Source: Nanobdellota archaeon (GTDB taxonomy: Archaea; Nanobdellota; Nanobdellia; Pacearchaeales; GW2011-AR1). Taken from it: a stretch of 64,000 bases of DNA. A program made the translations under genes and the position numbers. The stretch lies in NCBI GenBank assembly GCA_021799535.1, contig JAJZAH010000002.1, positions 80,950-144,949 of the forward strand, in the 5' to 3' direction. The notes under the pieces are model-generated. The model was not told the origin of the DNA and searched no databases. It saw nothing but the letters and a program-made list of their open reading frames with translations. Shown piece by piece: positions 1 through 9,635 of this stretch (positions are counted from its first letter, which is position 1; the number at the start of each line of letters is the position of its first letter).

Positions 1-896
1 AAAGCCTTTTCGACATCTTCATATTTGTAAGGGGTCATCTTCGGATCTTTCCCTAAACTGTTAAAGAATCTTTCAAGGATTTTCTTCTCATATATTATCT
101 CCTGGTTTGCGAGGGTGTCAGTGCTTAGTTTGACAAGTTCTTGCAATCCAGATTCAGAGGTGTCTCCTTGATCTTTTACTCCGATGACTTTCTGCTGAAG
201 TTTCGTCGGGAGGTATTCTCCCTCAACAAATTCGTTCTTGGTAGGGATAGGTCCACCTATTAATATTCCGGAAAGTTTTGGCTCGTCGTAAAAAAGGCTT
301 TTCATTTCTTCGGCGATTCTTTTGTAAAATTCCTTGGTAAGCCCTTCTGTTATCCTATGAAATCTTTGGGAACTTTGTCCTCCTGCCCTCACTTTTGATG
401 GGACTCCTGAAGTCATTTTCTGGAGAGTTTCTATTCTTTTTCCGACAAGCCTGCCTATTGTTGCTTCTTTCCTGTCCATGACCAGTAAGGCATATATTTC
501 GGACGCTTCAGTCATTCCCTTTAAAGGCTCCAAGACAAATTCTTTATCGCACCTGTAAAGCCGGACACGGACATCTTCCGGGGGCTCAATTTCCCAGCTT
601 TGTATATCCGGCTGGCCTTCGACAGGGCTGACATCCCCTGCAAATATCACCATGCCCTTTTTTGGAGTCGTTTTATAATCCTTAAGTATTCTTACTATTT
701 TGTCGAGAGAGTCGGAAACATTCTTCCTTGTGGAAGTTGACTTTATGTTCTTTGCAGTTGACTTCTCAGCTTCAAGCTGACGCTGGACTGCATTCACATC
801 ATACCCTGAGGGAATATATACGGATATAAGCTCTGTTGCTCTCCCTCTATGCTCCTTCATTGATAATATGAACTCCTCGAGTTCCTGTTTTGTCAT
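1..896 (-). CDS. prf1: peptide chain release factor aRF1 (N-terminal ~298 codons; 3' end runs off the window)
   Basis: Own translation from ATG at 896-894: MTKQELEEFILSMKEHRGRATELISVYIP... Contains NIKS (738-749) and GGQ (..KVRAGGQSSQRF..) motifs of aRF1/eRF1. Absent from ORF track because there is no stop inside the window. Confidence 0.85.
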   Translation of the reverse strand, partial: MTKQELEEFILSMKEHRGRATELISVYIPSGYDVNAVQRQLEAEKSTAKNIKSTSTRKNVSDSLDKIVRILKDYKTTPKKGMVIFAGDVSPVEGQPDIQSWEIEPPEDVRVRLYRCDKEFVLEPLKGMTEASEIYALLVMDRKEATIGRLVGKRIETLQKMTSGVPSKVRAGGQSSQRFHRITEGLTKEFYKRIAEEMKSLFYDEPKLSGILIGGPIPTKNEFVEGEYLPTKLQQKVIGVKDQGDTSESGLQELVKLSTDTLANQEIIYEKKILERFFNSLGKDPKMTPYKYEDVEKA

Positions 897-948
897 TTGT
901 TGAAGTACCATGTCAAGATAAGAAAAAGTGGTGTTTTAAATTTTGGGG

Positions 949-3282
949 TCAAAAAAATTCCACCCTGAACTCTTCTCCTGGTTTTATCCCGCGCGAGTTT
1001 GTTACATTTTTCAGATCCTCGAGCATTTCTTTTAGACCTTCGTGGATTTCCTTTTCGAGTGTCAGCATTATCTCTGAATTCATCGATTTTTTATTGTTTG
1101 TTTTTTCCTGCCTTATCCTTGAGAGCTGATAAAAAAATGAGTCCAACTCCTCTGACGCTTTTGCTTTCGGCTCAGGCTTTGGCCATCTTTCAAGATGTAT
1201 TGATTTTTCTTTTTCATATCTTCTGAAGTTTTCCTGATAAATCTCTTCAGTTATAAAAGGCATTATTGGGGCTATCAATTTCAATATGGTCAGGAGCGCT
1301 TTGTATAGGGTGTACTGTGCAGAGAGCTTTTTGTCCCTCTCTCCCTGATAGACTCTTTTCTTGACGATTTCGAGGTAATTTCCTGTAAATGCATCCCAAA
1401 AAAACTTTTCTATGTGATTTCTTGCGCCGGAGTAATTATATTTCCCGAATTCTTTGGTGACTTCTCTGACTAAAAGGTCCAGTTTTGCCAGGAAAAGCTC
1501 ATCAATCCTTTCGAGCCTTTTTGGCTTCTTTTTTCCATCATAATCTTTCAGATTCATGAATACAAATTTTGAGGCATTGGTTATTTTATTGACGAGTTTT
1601 TTTCCTGTAATTAAATCTTTCTCCTGATAATCCAAATCCTGCCCCAAGCTTGAGCCGGCGGCCCAGAAACGCAGGGCGTCTGCGCCATACTTTTCTATGA
1701 CCTCTCTGGGATCAATTACGTTTCCTTTTGATTTACTCATCTTCTCCCCTCCCAAAGAAACATTCCCTGAAATGATTATCTCTTTCCACGGGATTTTTCC
1801 TTCATGAAGATATGCTTTCACAATTGTGTAGAATGCCCATGTCCTTATTATGTCATGAGCTTGTGGTCTGAGGGAGAAGGGGATTTTTACTTTGTTCCCG
1901 AACATGCTGCTTGCGATATTCGGAGTGGCTGATGAAGTTGCCCAGGTATCAAGAACCATTTTTTCCGGTTCCGCGAACCTGCCACATTTTGGGCATTTTC
2001 TCTTTGTTTCAAGAGGGTCCACAGGAAGTTCTGCCTCTTCGGGAAGAATTATTTTTTTGCACTCGGGGCATTCCCATACTGGTATAGGGACGCCGAAGTG
2101 CCTGTTTCTTGATATTGACCAGTCCCATTCAAGGCCTTTGACCCAGTTGTCATATCTTTTTTTCATGAACTTCGGATGCCATGAGATTTTTTCGGCTTGT
2201 TTAAGGAACTCTTTTTTCTTGTCAAGCACTTTTATGAACCATTGTGGGGTCTCAACGAATTCGATTTCGGTTCCACATTTGTCGTGTACATTTACCACAT
2301 GGTTTATCTCTTTTTGCTCTTCAATTAACATTTTATCTTTCAAATCTCCGAGAATCTTTTTTCTTGCATCTTTTATCTTAAGCCCCTCGTATCCAGGAGC
2401 TTCTATCTTTCCGTCTTTTGTTATAATTGCTCTGGGTTTCAGGCTGTGGCGGTTTATAGCATCAACGTCGAAACGGTCACCGTAGGAGCAGATCATCAGG
2501 GCCCCAGTTCCTTTATCAATCTGTGCTGAATCGTCTTCAACTATTGGAACTTCAAAATCAAAAATAGGAACTTTAGCCTTTTTTCCCACGAATGATTTAT
2601 ACCTTTTGTCTTTCTGGTTGACAAAAACGGCTACGCATGCATAAAGGAGTTCCGGTCTTGTTGTGGATATGGGGAAGTTTTTCCCGTCTACTTTGAACTT
2701 TAAAGTTGAGAATTTGCTTGGCATCTCCTTGTCTTCCAGTTCTGCCTGGGCAATTGAAGTCTGGCATTCAGGGCACCATATTGTCGGGAGGTTTTTTTTG
2801 TATATATGATCTTTTTTATACAGATCGATAAATGATTTCTGTGACGTCTTCTGTGACGAATGATCGATTGTGGAATAGGTTTTTTCAAAGTCACATGAGA
2901 TTCCCAATCTTTTCCATCCCTTTATGAATTCAGGGGATATATCTTTCAATGTTTTGAGGCAGAGCTTTATGAACTCCGCGCGGCTCATTCCAACACTCCT
3001 GACGTTATTTATTTTTTCAACAAGCCTTTCTGTTGGCAGCCCGTTGTCATCTGTCCCGAAAGGGTAAAAGACATTGCCTTCCTTCATTCTTTTGAATCTT
3101 GCTATGAAATCTGCCTGTGAATAGCTGAAAGCGTGGCCTATGTGCATCTTCCCGGAAACCGTAGGCGGAGGAGTGTCTATTGAGAATATGTCTTTTGATT
3201 CTGGATCTTTTGTCTTGTAAATATGCTCTTTTTCCCAGAATTCTTGCCATTTTTTCTCAATGTCTTCGACTTGCTCGGCCAT
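949..3282 (-). CDS. valS: valyl-tRNA synthetase
   Basis: 777 aa. Class-I signatures IDTPPPTVSGKMHIGH and KMSKSKGNVIDP. N-terminus follows the archaeal ValRS pattern (IDTPPP..SG..H.GH...D.IAR.KRM.G.NV..P.G.D..GLPTE). TATA-like TTTTTAAA about 29 nt upstream of the ATG. Confidence 0.85.
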   Translation of the reverse strand: MAEQVEDIEKKWQEFWEKEHIYKTKDPESKDIFSIDTPPPTVSGKMHIGHAFSYSQADFIARFKRMKEGNVFYPFGTDDNGLPTERLVEKINNVRSVGMSRAEFIKLCLKTLKDISPEFIKGWKRLGISCDFEKTYSTIDHSSQKTSQKSFIDLYKKDHIYKKNLPTIWCPECQTSIAQAELEDKEMPSKFSTLKFKVDGKNFPISTTRPELLYACVAVFVNQKDKRYKSFVGKKAKVPIFDFEVPIVEDDSAQIDKGTGALMICSYGDRFDVDAINRHSLKPRAIITKDGKIEAPGYEGLKIKDARKKILGDLKDKMLIEEQKEINHVVNVHDKCGTEIEFVETPQWFIKVLDKKKEFLKQAEKISWHPKFMKKRYDNWVKGLEWDWSISRNRHFGVPIPVWECPECKKIILPEEAELPVDPLETKRKCPKCGRFAEPEKMVLDTWATSSATPNIASSMFGNKVKIPFSLRPQAHDIIRTWAFYTIVKAYLHEGKIPWKEIIISGNVSLGGEKMSKSKGNVIDPREVIEKYGADALRFWAAGSSLGQDLDYQEKDLITGKKLVNKITNASKFVFMNLKDYDGKKKPKRLERIDELFLAKLDLLVREVTKEFGKYNYSGARNHIEKFFWDAFTGNYLEIVKKRVYQGERDKKLSAQYTLYKALLTILKLIAPIMPFITEEIYQENFRRYEKEKSIHLERWPKPEPKAKASEELDSFFYQLSRIRQEKTNNKKSMNSEIMLTLEKEIHEGLKEMLEDLKNVTNSRGIKPGEEFRVEFF

Positions 3283-3316
3283 GGAGAAAAGAAATGAATG
3301 GAATTTAAAAAATATG

Positions 3317-4063
3317 CTATTCTTCGGAACTATATTTTTTTAGATAGCTGTATATATTAGGAAAAATTATCTTATTCTTTTCATCAAAGCTCTCTTCATT
3401 TATTCTGATAGGAAACTCTTTTGGGATCCCCTCTAATATTTTTTTCAGAAATCCAAGATAGTGTTTCTCGTTTGGTGCAAGGATGCTTCTTGTGAATTTT
3501 TGTGACTCTACAAAATAAAAGATTCCATCTTTTTCATAATTTTTATCATTGCTTTCCTTTGAATAGTCCGAGAAATATTTATATTCCAAGCACCCCTCTA
3601 AGAAGTTTGAAACTCTTTTTTCGGATTTTTTGTTTTCTACGAATTTCCCGAGTTCAAATTTTTTGAAGATTATAAAGTAAGGCAGTATCCTCCTGTATTC
3701 TTCTTTATCTAAATTTTTAAACCCATAAGATTTTTCCAAAAGTCTGATAGTTTTCTCTTTTTCTGGAAAATACCACAGGATGCAAGATCCTTTTTCTGAA
3801 TAATGTCCTTTATTGTCCGTTTCTATAGTCAAACCCTCGTTTTCCATCGATTTTTCCATGAAAAAAGACGAGAGTTTATTCAATGGCTCTTTTTCATTTG
3901 GTAAATTTAACTCTTGAATAAGTGGGAACCCAAATTCTATAGAAAAATCTGCAAGTCTATCAGAGTAGAAATTATGATAATTGCCATTGAACCTATACTC
4001 CTTATAACTGAATTCTTCCATCTTTTTGATTATCTTTTCATCAATGTTTTTTTCTGCTTCCAT
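3317..4063 (-). CDS. hypothetical protein (248 aa), divergent from Lrp/AsnC paralog 1
   Basis: Long ORF with TATA-like TTTTAATA at leaderless spacing. No recognisable motif. Confidence 0.5.
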   Translation of the reverse strand: MEAEKNIDEKIIKKMEEFSYKEYRFNGNYHNFYSDRLADFSIEFGFPLIQELNLPNEKEPLNKLSSFFMEKSMENEGLTIETDNKGHYSEKGSCILWYFPEKEKTIRLLEKSYGFKNLDKEEYRRILPYFIIFKKFELGKFVENKKSEKRVSNFLEGCLEYKYFSDYSKESNDKNYEKDGIFYFVESQKFTRSILAPNEKHYLGFLKKILEGIPKEFPIRINEESFDEKNKIIFPNIYSYLKKYSSEE

Positions 4064-4157
4064 ATCAAGGTGATGAAGGGTAAATTATTAAAATTTGCTT
4101 TAATTATTTTTGACAAAAAATCAAAAAATATAAAAATATGGATTGTTATTCAAATAT

Positions 4158-5111
4158 ATGGAGATAAGTGAATTCGACAAAAAGATACTTTATGAGTTAG
4201 ATAGGAATTCAAGAGCGTCTCTTTCAGTTCTCTCGAAAAAGTTGAAAAAATCAAAGCAATTCATAGATTACAGGATAAGAAAGCTCGAATCAGATGGGAT
4301 AATCTCAGGTTACAATGCGATAGTTGATGCTTCGAAACTAGGCTTTTTCACATACAGATTTTACATTAAACTAAAACAGATGAATTCAACTAAAGAGAAA
4401 GATATTCTTGACTTCCTGAACCGTAGCAAGGAAGTCTGGACAGTTGCAAAACTTTATGGTAAGTGGGACTATGCATTCTTTATTGGGGTGGAGAAAATAA
4501 AGGATCTTTATTCTGTTTGGGAAAATTTCAATTCGAGGTTCAAGAAAAACGTAAAAGATTATGAAATGGCTTTATATGGGAAAGTGACCAATTTAAATAA
4601 GAGATTTTTCATGGATGGAAATCCTCCAACAATTGAGAGGATTTATGGAATCTCTGAGAAACTCAAATTTGATGAAGCGGATTTTAAGATAATCGAGATA
4701 CTCTCAAAAAATGCAAGGACTTCACTTGTAGAGATTTCTGGCAAAACAAGGAAATCAATAAACACCACAAAAAGGAAGTTGAAAGAACTTGAGAGTAAAG
4801 GAATAATCTGCGGTTATAAACTTAATATAAATTTGAAATCTCTAAATTATACTGGTTATAGAGTTGACTTATATCTGTCTTCAAATAAGCAGAAAGATGA
4901 AATTTACAAGTTTTGTAAATCTGATAAGAAGATTTATTTGATTGTTAATCCGATTGGCGGGGCTGATTTGGAACTCTCTTTTATCACAAGGAGTTTATAT
5001 GAACTTCATGAGGAAATAGGTGCTTTGAAAGAGCTTTTCGGCGAGGATATAAATTATTATGAATATTTTGAGTTTTCGAATTTCACGAAAGTAACTTTGA
5101 CTCCGGATTAA
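4158..5111 (+). CDS. Lrp/AsnC-family transcription regulator with two tandem HTH+RAM modules (paralog 1 of 3)
   Basis: Two modules: DKKILYELDRNSRASLSVLSKKLKKSKQFIDYRIRKLESDGIISGY and DFKIIEILSKNARTSLVEISGKTRKSINTTKRKLKELESKGIICGY. Start moved from TTG 4143 to ATG 4158 by alignment with paralogs (ME..D.KIL..LD.NSR) and TATA spacing. Confidence 0.75.
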   Translation: MEISEFDKKILYELDRNSRASLSVLSKKLKKSKQFIDYRIRKLESDGIISGYNAIVDASKLGFFTYRFYIKLKQMNSTKEKDILDFLNRSKEVWTVAKLYGKWDYAFFIGVEKIKDLYSVWENFNSRFKKNVKDYEMALYGKVTNLNKRFFMDGNPPTIERIYGISEKLKFDEADFKIIEILSKNARTSLVEISGKTRKSINTTKRKLKELESKGIICGYKLNINLKSLNYTGYRVDLYLSSNKQKDEIYKFCKSDKKIYLIVNPIGGADLELSFITRSLYELHEEIGALKELFGEDINYYEYFEFSNFTKVTLTPD

Positions 5112-5113
5112 GC

Positions 5114-5749
5114 TTAAAAGTTCTCCCATTCCCTCAGAGGCACAAAGAAGTAACTTTCCGGGGTGTAAGATTTTGTTATGCTTTTGCCTTTCTTTTTCAG
5201 GATTATAATCGGACCCCTTTCCATGGGGAACAGCATTATGCCTTTATTTTTCAGATGCAATTTTCCAAATTTTTCGATCTCTTTTTCTTCTGCTTTGCCT
5301 GTACCTGCACTGAAGACGATTCTGTCAAATTTACTTTCAGCGTCTTTGAAGTTTTTCCTTATTATTCTAATGTTCTTTATTCCTGCCACCTTAATGTTCT
5401 TTTTTGAAAATTTTACCATCTCTTCGGATATCTCAAGACTTGTAACTTTTCCGGGGTCTACAAGAAATGCGATTAACGCGGCATTCCAGCCGCTCCCAGT
5501 TCCTATTTCGAGGATGTTCTGGCCCTTTTTCAGCTCAAGTAATGAGAGCATTCTTGCGACCGTTGAGGGCTGTGAAATTGTTTCTTTTTCACCGATTCGA
5601 ATCGCCGAATCAAGATAAGCGGTTTGGGGGTCTTTCACGAAATATTTGCGATCGATTTTCTTTATGGATTCAATTATTCGGGAGTCTATTCTTCCGAATA
5701 TAGAAAGATATTTTTTCACGGAGTTGATCATATTTCTTTTTGAATCCAT
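5114..5749 (-). CDS. pcm: protein-L-isoaspartate O-methyltransferase
   Basis: ISQPSTVARMLSLLELKKGQNILEIGTGSGWNAALIAFLV is the PIMT family signature. Confidence 0.85.
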   Translation of the reverse strand: MDSKRNMINSVKKYLSIFGRIDSRIIESIKKIDRKYFVKDPQTAYLDSAIRIGEKETISQPSTVARMLSLLELKKGQNILEIGTGSGWNAALIAFLVDPGKVTSLEISEEMVKFSKKNIKVAGIKNIRIIRKNFKDAESKFDRIVFSAGTGKAEEKEIEKFGKLHLKNKGIMLFPMERGPIIILKKKGKSITKSYTPESYFFVPLREWENF

Positions 5750-5863
5750 TTTTTAATGAGTCTATTAAAGTTGAACTATTTTGCGGGGAACTCATATAGC
5801 TTGCAGGCTTTAAGCCGAAAATCTGGGTGAATACTCCATCTATCCGGAATTTCACAAAAACCT

Positions 5864-5871
5864 TTTTATAC
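5864..5871 (+). promoter_or_regulatory. TATA box (TTTTATAC) for secG-nac
   Basis: Starts 29 nt upstream of ATG 5893, the window-wide offset. Confidence 0.55.
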
Positions 5872-5892
5872 TCGGGATTATTAAATTCATCC

Positions 5893-6051
5893 ATGGCAGA
5901 TACAGGAATTAGCTTACCATCTGGTTTTGGTGGGCTTGTGAGCTATAAGGAAGAATATGCAAGTAAATTCATGCTAAAACCAGTGCATGTCATGGTGTTT
6001 ATTGCCCTGATTGTTGCTTTCAGAATTGGTCTCGGCTTTTTCTTGGGTTAA
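5893..6051 (+). CDS. secG: preprotein translocase subunit Sec61-beta/SecG (52 aa)
   Basis: MADTGISLPSGFGGLVSYKEEYASKFMLKPVHVMVFIALIVAF...: G-G-L-x-x-Y-x-E-E motif plus one C-terminal TM, as in archaeal Sec61-beta. ATG 5893 lies 29 nt after TATA-like box 5864. The ORF-track start 5827 is an upstream extension. Confidence 0.55.
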   Translation: MADTGISLPSGFGGLVSYKEEYASKFMLKPVHVMVFIALIVAFRIGLGFFLG

Positions 6052-6052
6052 A

Positions 6053-6385
6053 ATGTTTGGCGGGATAAATCCTAAACAGATTCAGGGTATGATGAAAAAG
6101 ATGGGGATTTCACAGGAAGAAATCAGCGCCGAGAAAGTGACAATTGAAAAGAAAGATGGTACAATAATTTCAATAGAAAATCCCTCGGTTATTGAGATAA
6201 AAATGCAGGGGGAGATTAGTTTTCAGATTTCCGGAGAGGTCAGTGAAAAATCAAAGGAGGTTGAGGTTTCTCCGGAGGATATCAGGACTGTCATGGAAAA
6301 GACCGGATGTTCAATGAAAAGGGCCAAGGAAGTTTTGGGGAGAACTAAAGATTTAGCCGAGGCGATTCTTGAAATTTCAAGTTAG
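6053..6385 (+). CDS. nac: nascent polypeptide-associated complex protein (NAC domain + UBA)
   Basis: MFGGINPKQIQGMMKKMGISQEEI..., then a C-terminal UBA-like segment DIRTVMEKTGCSMKRAKEVLGRTKDLAEAI. ATG 6053 follows the secG stop by 1 nt. Confidence 0.8.
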   Translation: MFGGINPKQIQGMMKKMGISQEEISAEKVTIEKKDGTIISIENPSVIEIKMQGEISFQISGEVSEKSKEVEVSPEDIRTVMEKTGCSMKRAKEVLGRTKDLAEAILEISS

Positions 6386-6437
6386 ATAATTATAAAAAGG
6401 TTTGAAACTTTTTAATTAAAATTTTCAATTTAAAAAA

Positions 6438-6884
6438 ATGGAAGAGATTATCCAAGAAAAGATAAGTGCAGACCATCTTCTATATGTGAGTTTGAAGTAT
6501 ACAAAGACGTGTGATGTCATAATGAATCTCCTTTTAAGGTGGAGGAAAATGATTGAAATGTGTATAATTTATATGCTGAAAGATGCCAAAAAGAAGGGAA
6601 AAATCAAGGAGGTTCCAGATAATGCTATTGGAAGAATAAATGAGGCAAAGATTCTCTTTAAGAAGGATAAAAATGCACTTGATACGCTTGATCTTTTTAT
6701 GATGCTCCGGAAAATTGAGGGTCTTGAGACAGAACGCATAGGTGAGTTTAGGAAGAATGTGACTCTCAAAGTGATATTCCGGGGAAAAGAAATAAATATT
6801 AACCTTGAGAAATTGAAAGAATACGCGGAAATGCTTGAAAACTTTGTGGATATGGTAAGGGAGACATTGGGGAAAAATGAATAG
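6438..6884 (+). CDS. hypothetical protein (148 aa), overlaps the minD start by 8 nt
   Basis: ORF with a TATA-like box 29 nt upstream (6409). No motif recognised. Confidence 0.5.
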   Translation: MEEIIQEKISADHLLYVSLKYTKTCDVIMNLLLRWRKMIEMCIIYMLKDAKKKGKIKEVPDNAIGRINEAKILFKKDKNALDTLDLFMMLRKIEGLETERIGEFRKNVTLKVIFRGKEININLEKLKEYAEMLENFVDMVRETLGKNE

Positions 6885-7650
6885 GATGATTGTTATTGCC
6901 TCGGGTAAAGGTGGGGTTGGTAAAACGACTACTGCGATAAATCTTGGTGCGGCAATGAGGTCTTTTGGAAAGGATGTGCTTGTTATCGATGCTAATATGT
7001 CAACCCCTAATGTCGGGATCCATCTTAACTCTCCGGAGGTGCCCATAAGTCTGAACCATGTTCTTCAAAGAAAGGCTCAACCTCAAGAGGCAGTTTATTC
7101 CCATGAATCAGGCATAAAGATAATCCCATCTTCGCTTTCAGTTAAGGAGCTGAAAAAGCTGAAATTTGAGAAGCTCAGGGAATTCAGAAACGACTTCAAG
7201 AGCTTGGCTGAGTATGTTATCTTAGACTGCTCGGCTGGTTTGGGGAAAGAGGCCATGAGCGCGATGGAAATGGCTGATGAAGTGATACTTGTTTCAAATC
7301 CAGAGATGCCTGCGATAACTGATGCGTTAAAGACAATAAAGGTCGCTCAGGGACTTAAAAAACCAATAACCGGAGTGATAATGACAAGAGTAAAGAAAAA
7401 TGATTATGAGCTTCCCCCTGAGACGGTGAAAGACATGCTTGAGGTTCCAGTGTTGGGGATGATCCCGGAGGATGAACTTTTCCAAGATTCTCTTAGGAGA
7501 AAGAACCCTCTTGTTCATCTGCATCCTAAGTCAAAACCTGCAAGAGCATACAAAGAGATTGCCGCAAGACTCATCAATATTGAATATGATTCTGATAAAG
7601 ATCGCGAGACTTTAATTGAGAAAATAAGGGGTTTCCTTGGCGTAAGGTAG
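6877..7650 (+). CDS. minD: MinD/ParA-type P-loop ATPase (archaeal MinD-like)
   Basis: Deviant Walker A IVIASGKGGVGKTTTAINLGAAM; ..VLVIDANMSTPN..; DCSAG. Confidence 0.8.
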   Translation: MNRMIVIASGKGGVGKTTTAINLGAAMRSFGKDVLVIDANMSTPNVGIHLNSPEVPISLNHVLQRKAQPQEAVYSHESGIKIIPSSLSVKELKKLKFEKLREFRNDFKSLAEYVILDCSAGLGKEAMSAMEMADEVILVSNPEMPAITDALKTIKVAQGLKKPITGVIMTRVKKNDYELPPETVKDMLEVPVLGMIPEDELFQDSLRRKNPLVHLHPKSKPARAYKEIAARLINIEYDSDKDRETLIEKIRGFLGVR

Positions 7651-7680
7651 CAAGTATATCCTTTCTAACTTATAAACAAA

Positions 7681-8025
7681 TCAGTCGCTTTTCAAGACGT
7701 CTTTTGTTCCAGATTCCTTGTTAGAGAAGAGGATTTCATTAGGAACCGAGAAAAATATATCGCTGTTTTCACTTGCTCCTTTTACAAGTATGCTCGAATC
7801 TTTTTCCCTTCTTGATGCAACTAACACCTCTGCAAGGCCTATATTCTTTTTGACGGGGGTTAGTTTTTCCCTCATTATCCATATCCCATAACTATCTTTT
7901 TCAGCTCCTACAAAATCAATCTCATATTCACTACTAAACATACCCGGAAAATAGTTTACTTTCATGAATGCCTCTTCCATTTCTCTTAGAGAGAAAAGAG
8001 GTTTATAGTCAAATATCTTTTGCAA
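7681..8025 (-). CDS. hypothetical protein
   Basis: ORF only. The track start is TTG and the true start is uncertain. Confidence 0.35.
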   Translation of the reverse strand: MQKIFDYKPLFSLREMEEAFMKVNYFPGMFSSEYEIDFVGAEKDSYGIWIMREKLTPVKKNIGLAEVLVASRREKDSSILVKGASENSDIFFSVPNEILFSNKESGTKDVLKSD

Positions 8026-8067
8026 TCTATATTTTTTATCATATCTTTTGAGAAATAACTTTTCCAG

Positions 8068-8409
8068 TCAGCTTATCTTACTTCCGACTTCGATATCTTC
8101 GGAGGGTATAAGGACGGATACTTTGCTGTGATCCCCCTTTGTGGCAGCAAGAAGCATTCCATGCGACTCAATTCCTTTCATAATTCTTGGTTTAAGATTT
8201 GAAAAATATACTATTTTTCTGTTGAGCAGTTTTTCTTTTGAGTAAAAAGGTTTTAGCCCTGCGCAGATTATCCTCTCTCCCAACTCTCCGACATCAAGTG
8301 TCAGTTTGTAAAGTTTGTCGGCTCCAGGAATATCCTCCGCTTTTTTTATCTGTGCAACCCTGAGATCCAATTTATCCCAGTCTGAGAATTCAATTACCCC
8401 TTCTGCCAT
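8068..8409 (-). CDS. tRNA-binding domain protein (Trbp111/EMAPII/MetRS-beta-like)
   Basis: DLRVAQIKKAEDIPGADKLYKLTLDVGELGERIICAGLKPFY...NLKPRIMKGIESHGMLLAA. Start moved to ATG 8409 (TTAATAAA box 21 nt upstream; the track start is TTG). Confidence 0.75.
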   Translation of the reverse strand: MAEGVIEFSDWDKLDLRVAQIKKAEDIPGADKLYKLTLDVGELGERIICAGLKPFYSKEKLLNRKIVYFSNLKPRIMKGIESHGMLLAATKGDHSKVSVLIPSEDIEVGSKIS

Positions 8410-8557
8410 CTTTTTAAAATACGCATTTACTTTATTAATCTTATTCTTTACCGCTTTCAATGATATGGCGAAGCCGGCTTTTCTTCGAGATTTATAATCC
8501 CAAAAATATTTAAAACAAAGCCCCTTAGAAATAAAATATTCTTAACGGAAGGATAAA

Positions 8558-9190
8558 ATGTCAAAGATAAAATGTCGCGTTTGCGGAGAGAATGTGAAAA
8601 GTGGCCATAATTTTTGTCCTAATTGCGGGACTCAAATTGGGAATAATCAAGACAGGTGGGGTCTTCTTGGGAAGAATGACATGTCCCCTGCTGAAAAACC
8701 TGGTCTTTTTGGCAGTTTTGGCGACAAAATAATCAGCAAGATGATTGCAGGAACTTTCAAAATGCTTGAAAAAGAGATGGCTAAAGATTTGCAAAACGGC
8801 CCTAAGCTCCCTTTCGGCAATATGAAGCTCGTGATAAACGGGAGGGAGGTGACGCCGGTTCCCGAAAAACCGGCAAAAAAGGACTCGAACGTGAAATTCT
8901 TGCCGATAGAGTTTTCTGATGAGAATCTTGACAAATGGAAAAAGCTGAAAAAGAAAGAGCCAAAGTCGAAACTGAAAAGAGTAGATGACAGGATAGAATA
9001 TGAAGTTGAAATTCCGGGAGTTAAATCAATAAAAGACATTTCCATAATCAAGCTTGAAAACAGCCTTGAGATAAAGGCAGTTGGTGACAGGGAAGGGTAT
9101 CTGAAGAGAATCCCTATAGATTTGCCTCTGAAGAAATACTCACTTCTGAAGGGAATCCTGACTCTTGAAATGGATGCCTCCGAGAATTAA
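8558..9190 (+). CDS. zinc-ribbon + Hsp20/alpha-crystallin-like domain protein
   Basis: N-terminal KCRVCGENVKSGHNFCPNCG. C-terminal IEYEVEIPGVKSIKDISIIKLENSLEIKAVGD...GILTLEM resembles an ACD fold. Confidence 0.55.
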   Translation: MSKIKCRVCGENVKSGHNFCPNCGTQIGNNQDRWGLLGKNDMSPAEKPGLFGSFGDKIISKMIAGTFKMLEKEMAKDLQNGPKLPFGNMKLVINGREVTPVPEKPAKKDSNVKFLPIEFSDENLDKWKKLKKKEPKSKLKRVDDRIEYEVEIPGVKSIKDISIIKLENSLEIKAVGDREGYLKRIPIDLPLKKYSLLKGILTLEMDASEN

Positions 9191-9213
9191 TTTGTTTTTT
9201 GAGTCCATAAATT

Positions 9214-9221
9214 CTTATAAA
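9214..9221 (+). promoter_or_regulatory. TATA box (CTTATAAA)
   Basis: Starts 29 nt upstream of ATG 9243. Confidence 0.6.
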
Positions 9222-9242
9222 CCATGCTTTATTGAAACTTAA

Positions 9243-9635
9243 ATGAACACCCAAAAAGGGTTTTTTTTAACTCCTCAAATCAGTACAATGGAAAGGATAA
9301 AATATGTAATGGTAACGGGTTTCGGTTATAATCCAGATTACAAACTTTATGTTCCGGACAGATTTGTTCTTGGGGATTTCAGAAAAATAAAAAATAATCT
9401 TTCTTTCTCAGGAAAATTCTCATATGTTGATGATAAACACGTTCTTGATAAATATTTTAAAAGTATACGTGATGGGAGTTTGATTCTTTTCAGATGGACC
9501 GAAATCTCTGATCAACTTGTAGATGAGATAACATCTTGTGGTAATTTGTACAATGAATCTAAAAGGACCCTTGCGGACCTTACGCAATTTTCTCTTCCAG
9601 CTTTTCTTAATGATTTTCTCATTAAAAATAAATGA
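9243..9635 (+). CDS. hypothetical protein (130 aa)
   Basis: ORF with CTTATAAA box exactly 29 nt upstream (9214). Its stop codon overlaps the 3' end of tRNA-Ile on the other strand. Confidence 0.5.
   Translation: MNTQKGFFLTPQISTMERIKYVMVTGFGYNPDYKLYVPDRFVLGDFRKIKNNLSFSGKFSYVDDKHVLDKYFKSIRDGSLILFRWTEISDQLVDEITSCGNLYNESKRTLADLTQFSLPAFLNDFLIKNK

Noticed and set aside
1892-2485. Long antisense or alternative-frame ORFs nested in strong genes. Examples: 1892..2485 in valS, 27126..27620 in thrS, 43371..43937 opposite nadK, 34651..35085 opposite ppa, 35409..35843 in elp3, 47182..47973 opposite the ATPase, 58159..58629.
   Set aside because: Each lies entirely inside a gene with clear family motifs on the other strand or frame. 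Their translations are low-complexity (Ser/Phe/Leu-rich) and they lack promoter boxes, so they are shadow ORFs.
6383-7650. Genome-wide reassignment of TAG to a sense codon, as an explanation of the two in-frame TAG cases.
   Set aside because: Well-conserved genes end naturally at TAG with short junk after it (nac 6383-6385, minD 7648-7650, 3317..4063, Lrp paralog 2, proteasome-like B). The aRF1 at the window start also keeps a canonical NIKS motif. Only local readthrough, pseudogenisation or sequence error remain plausible.
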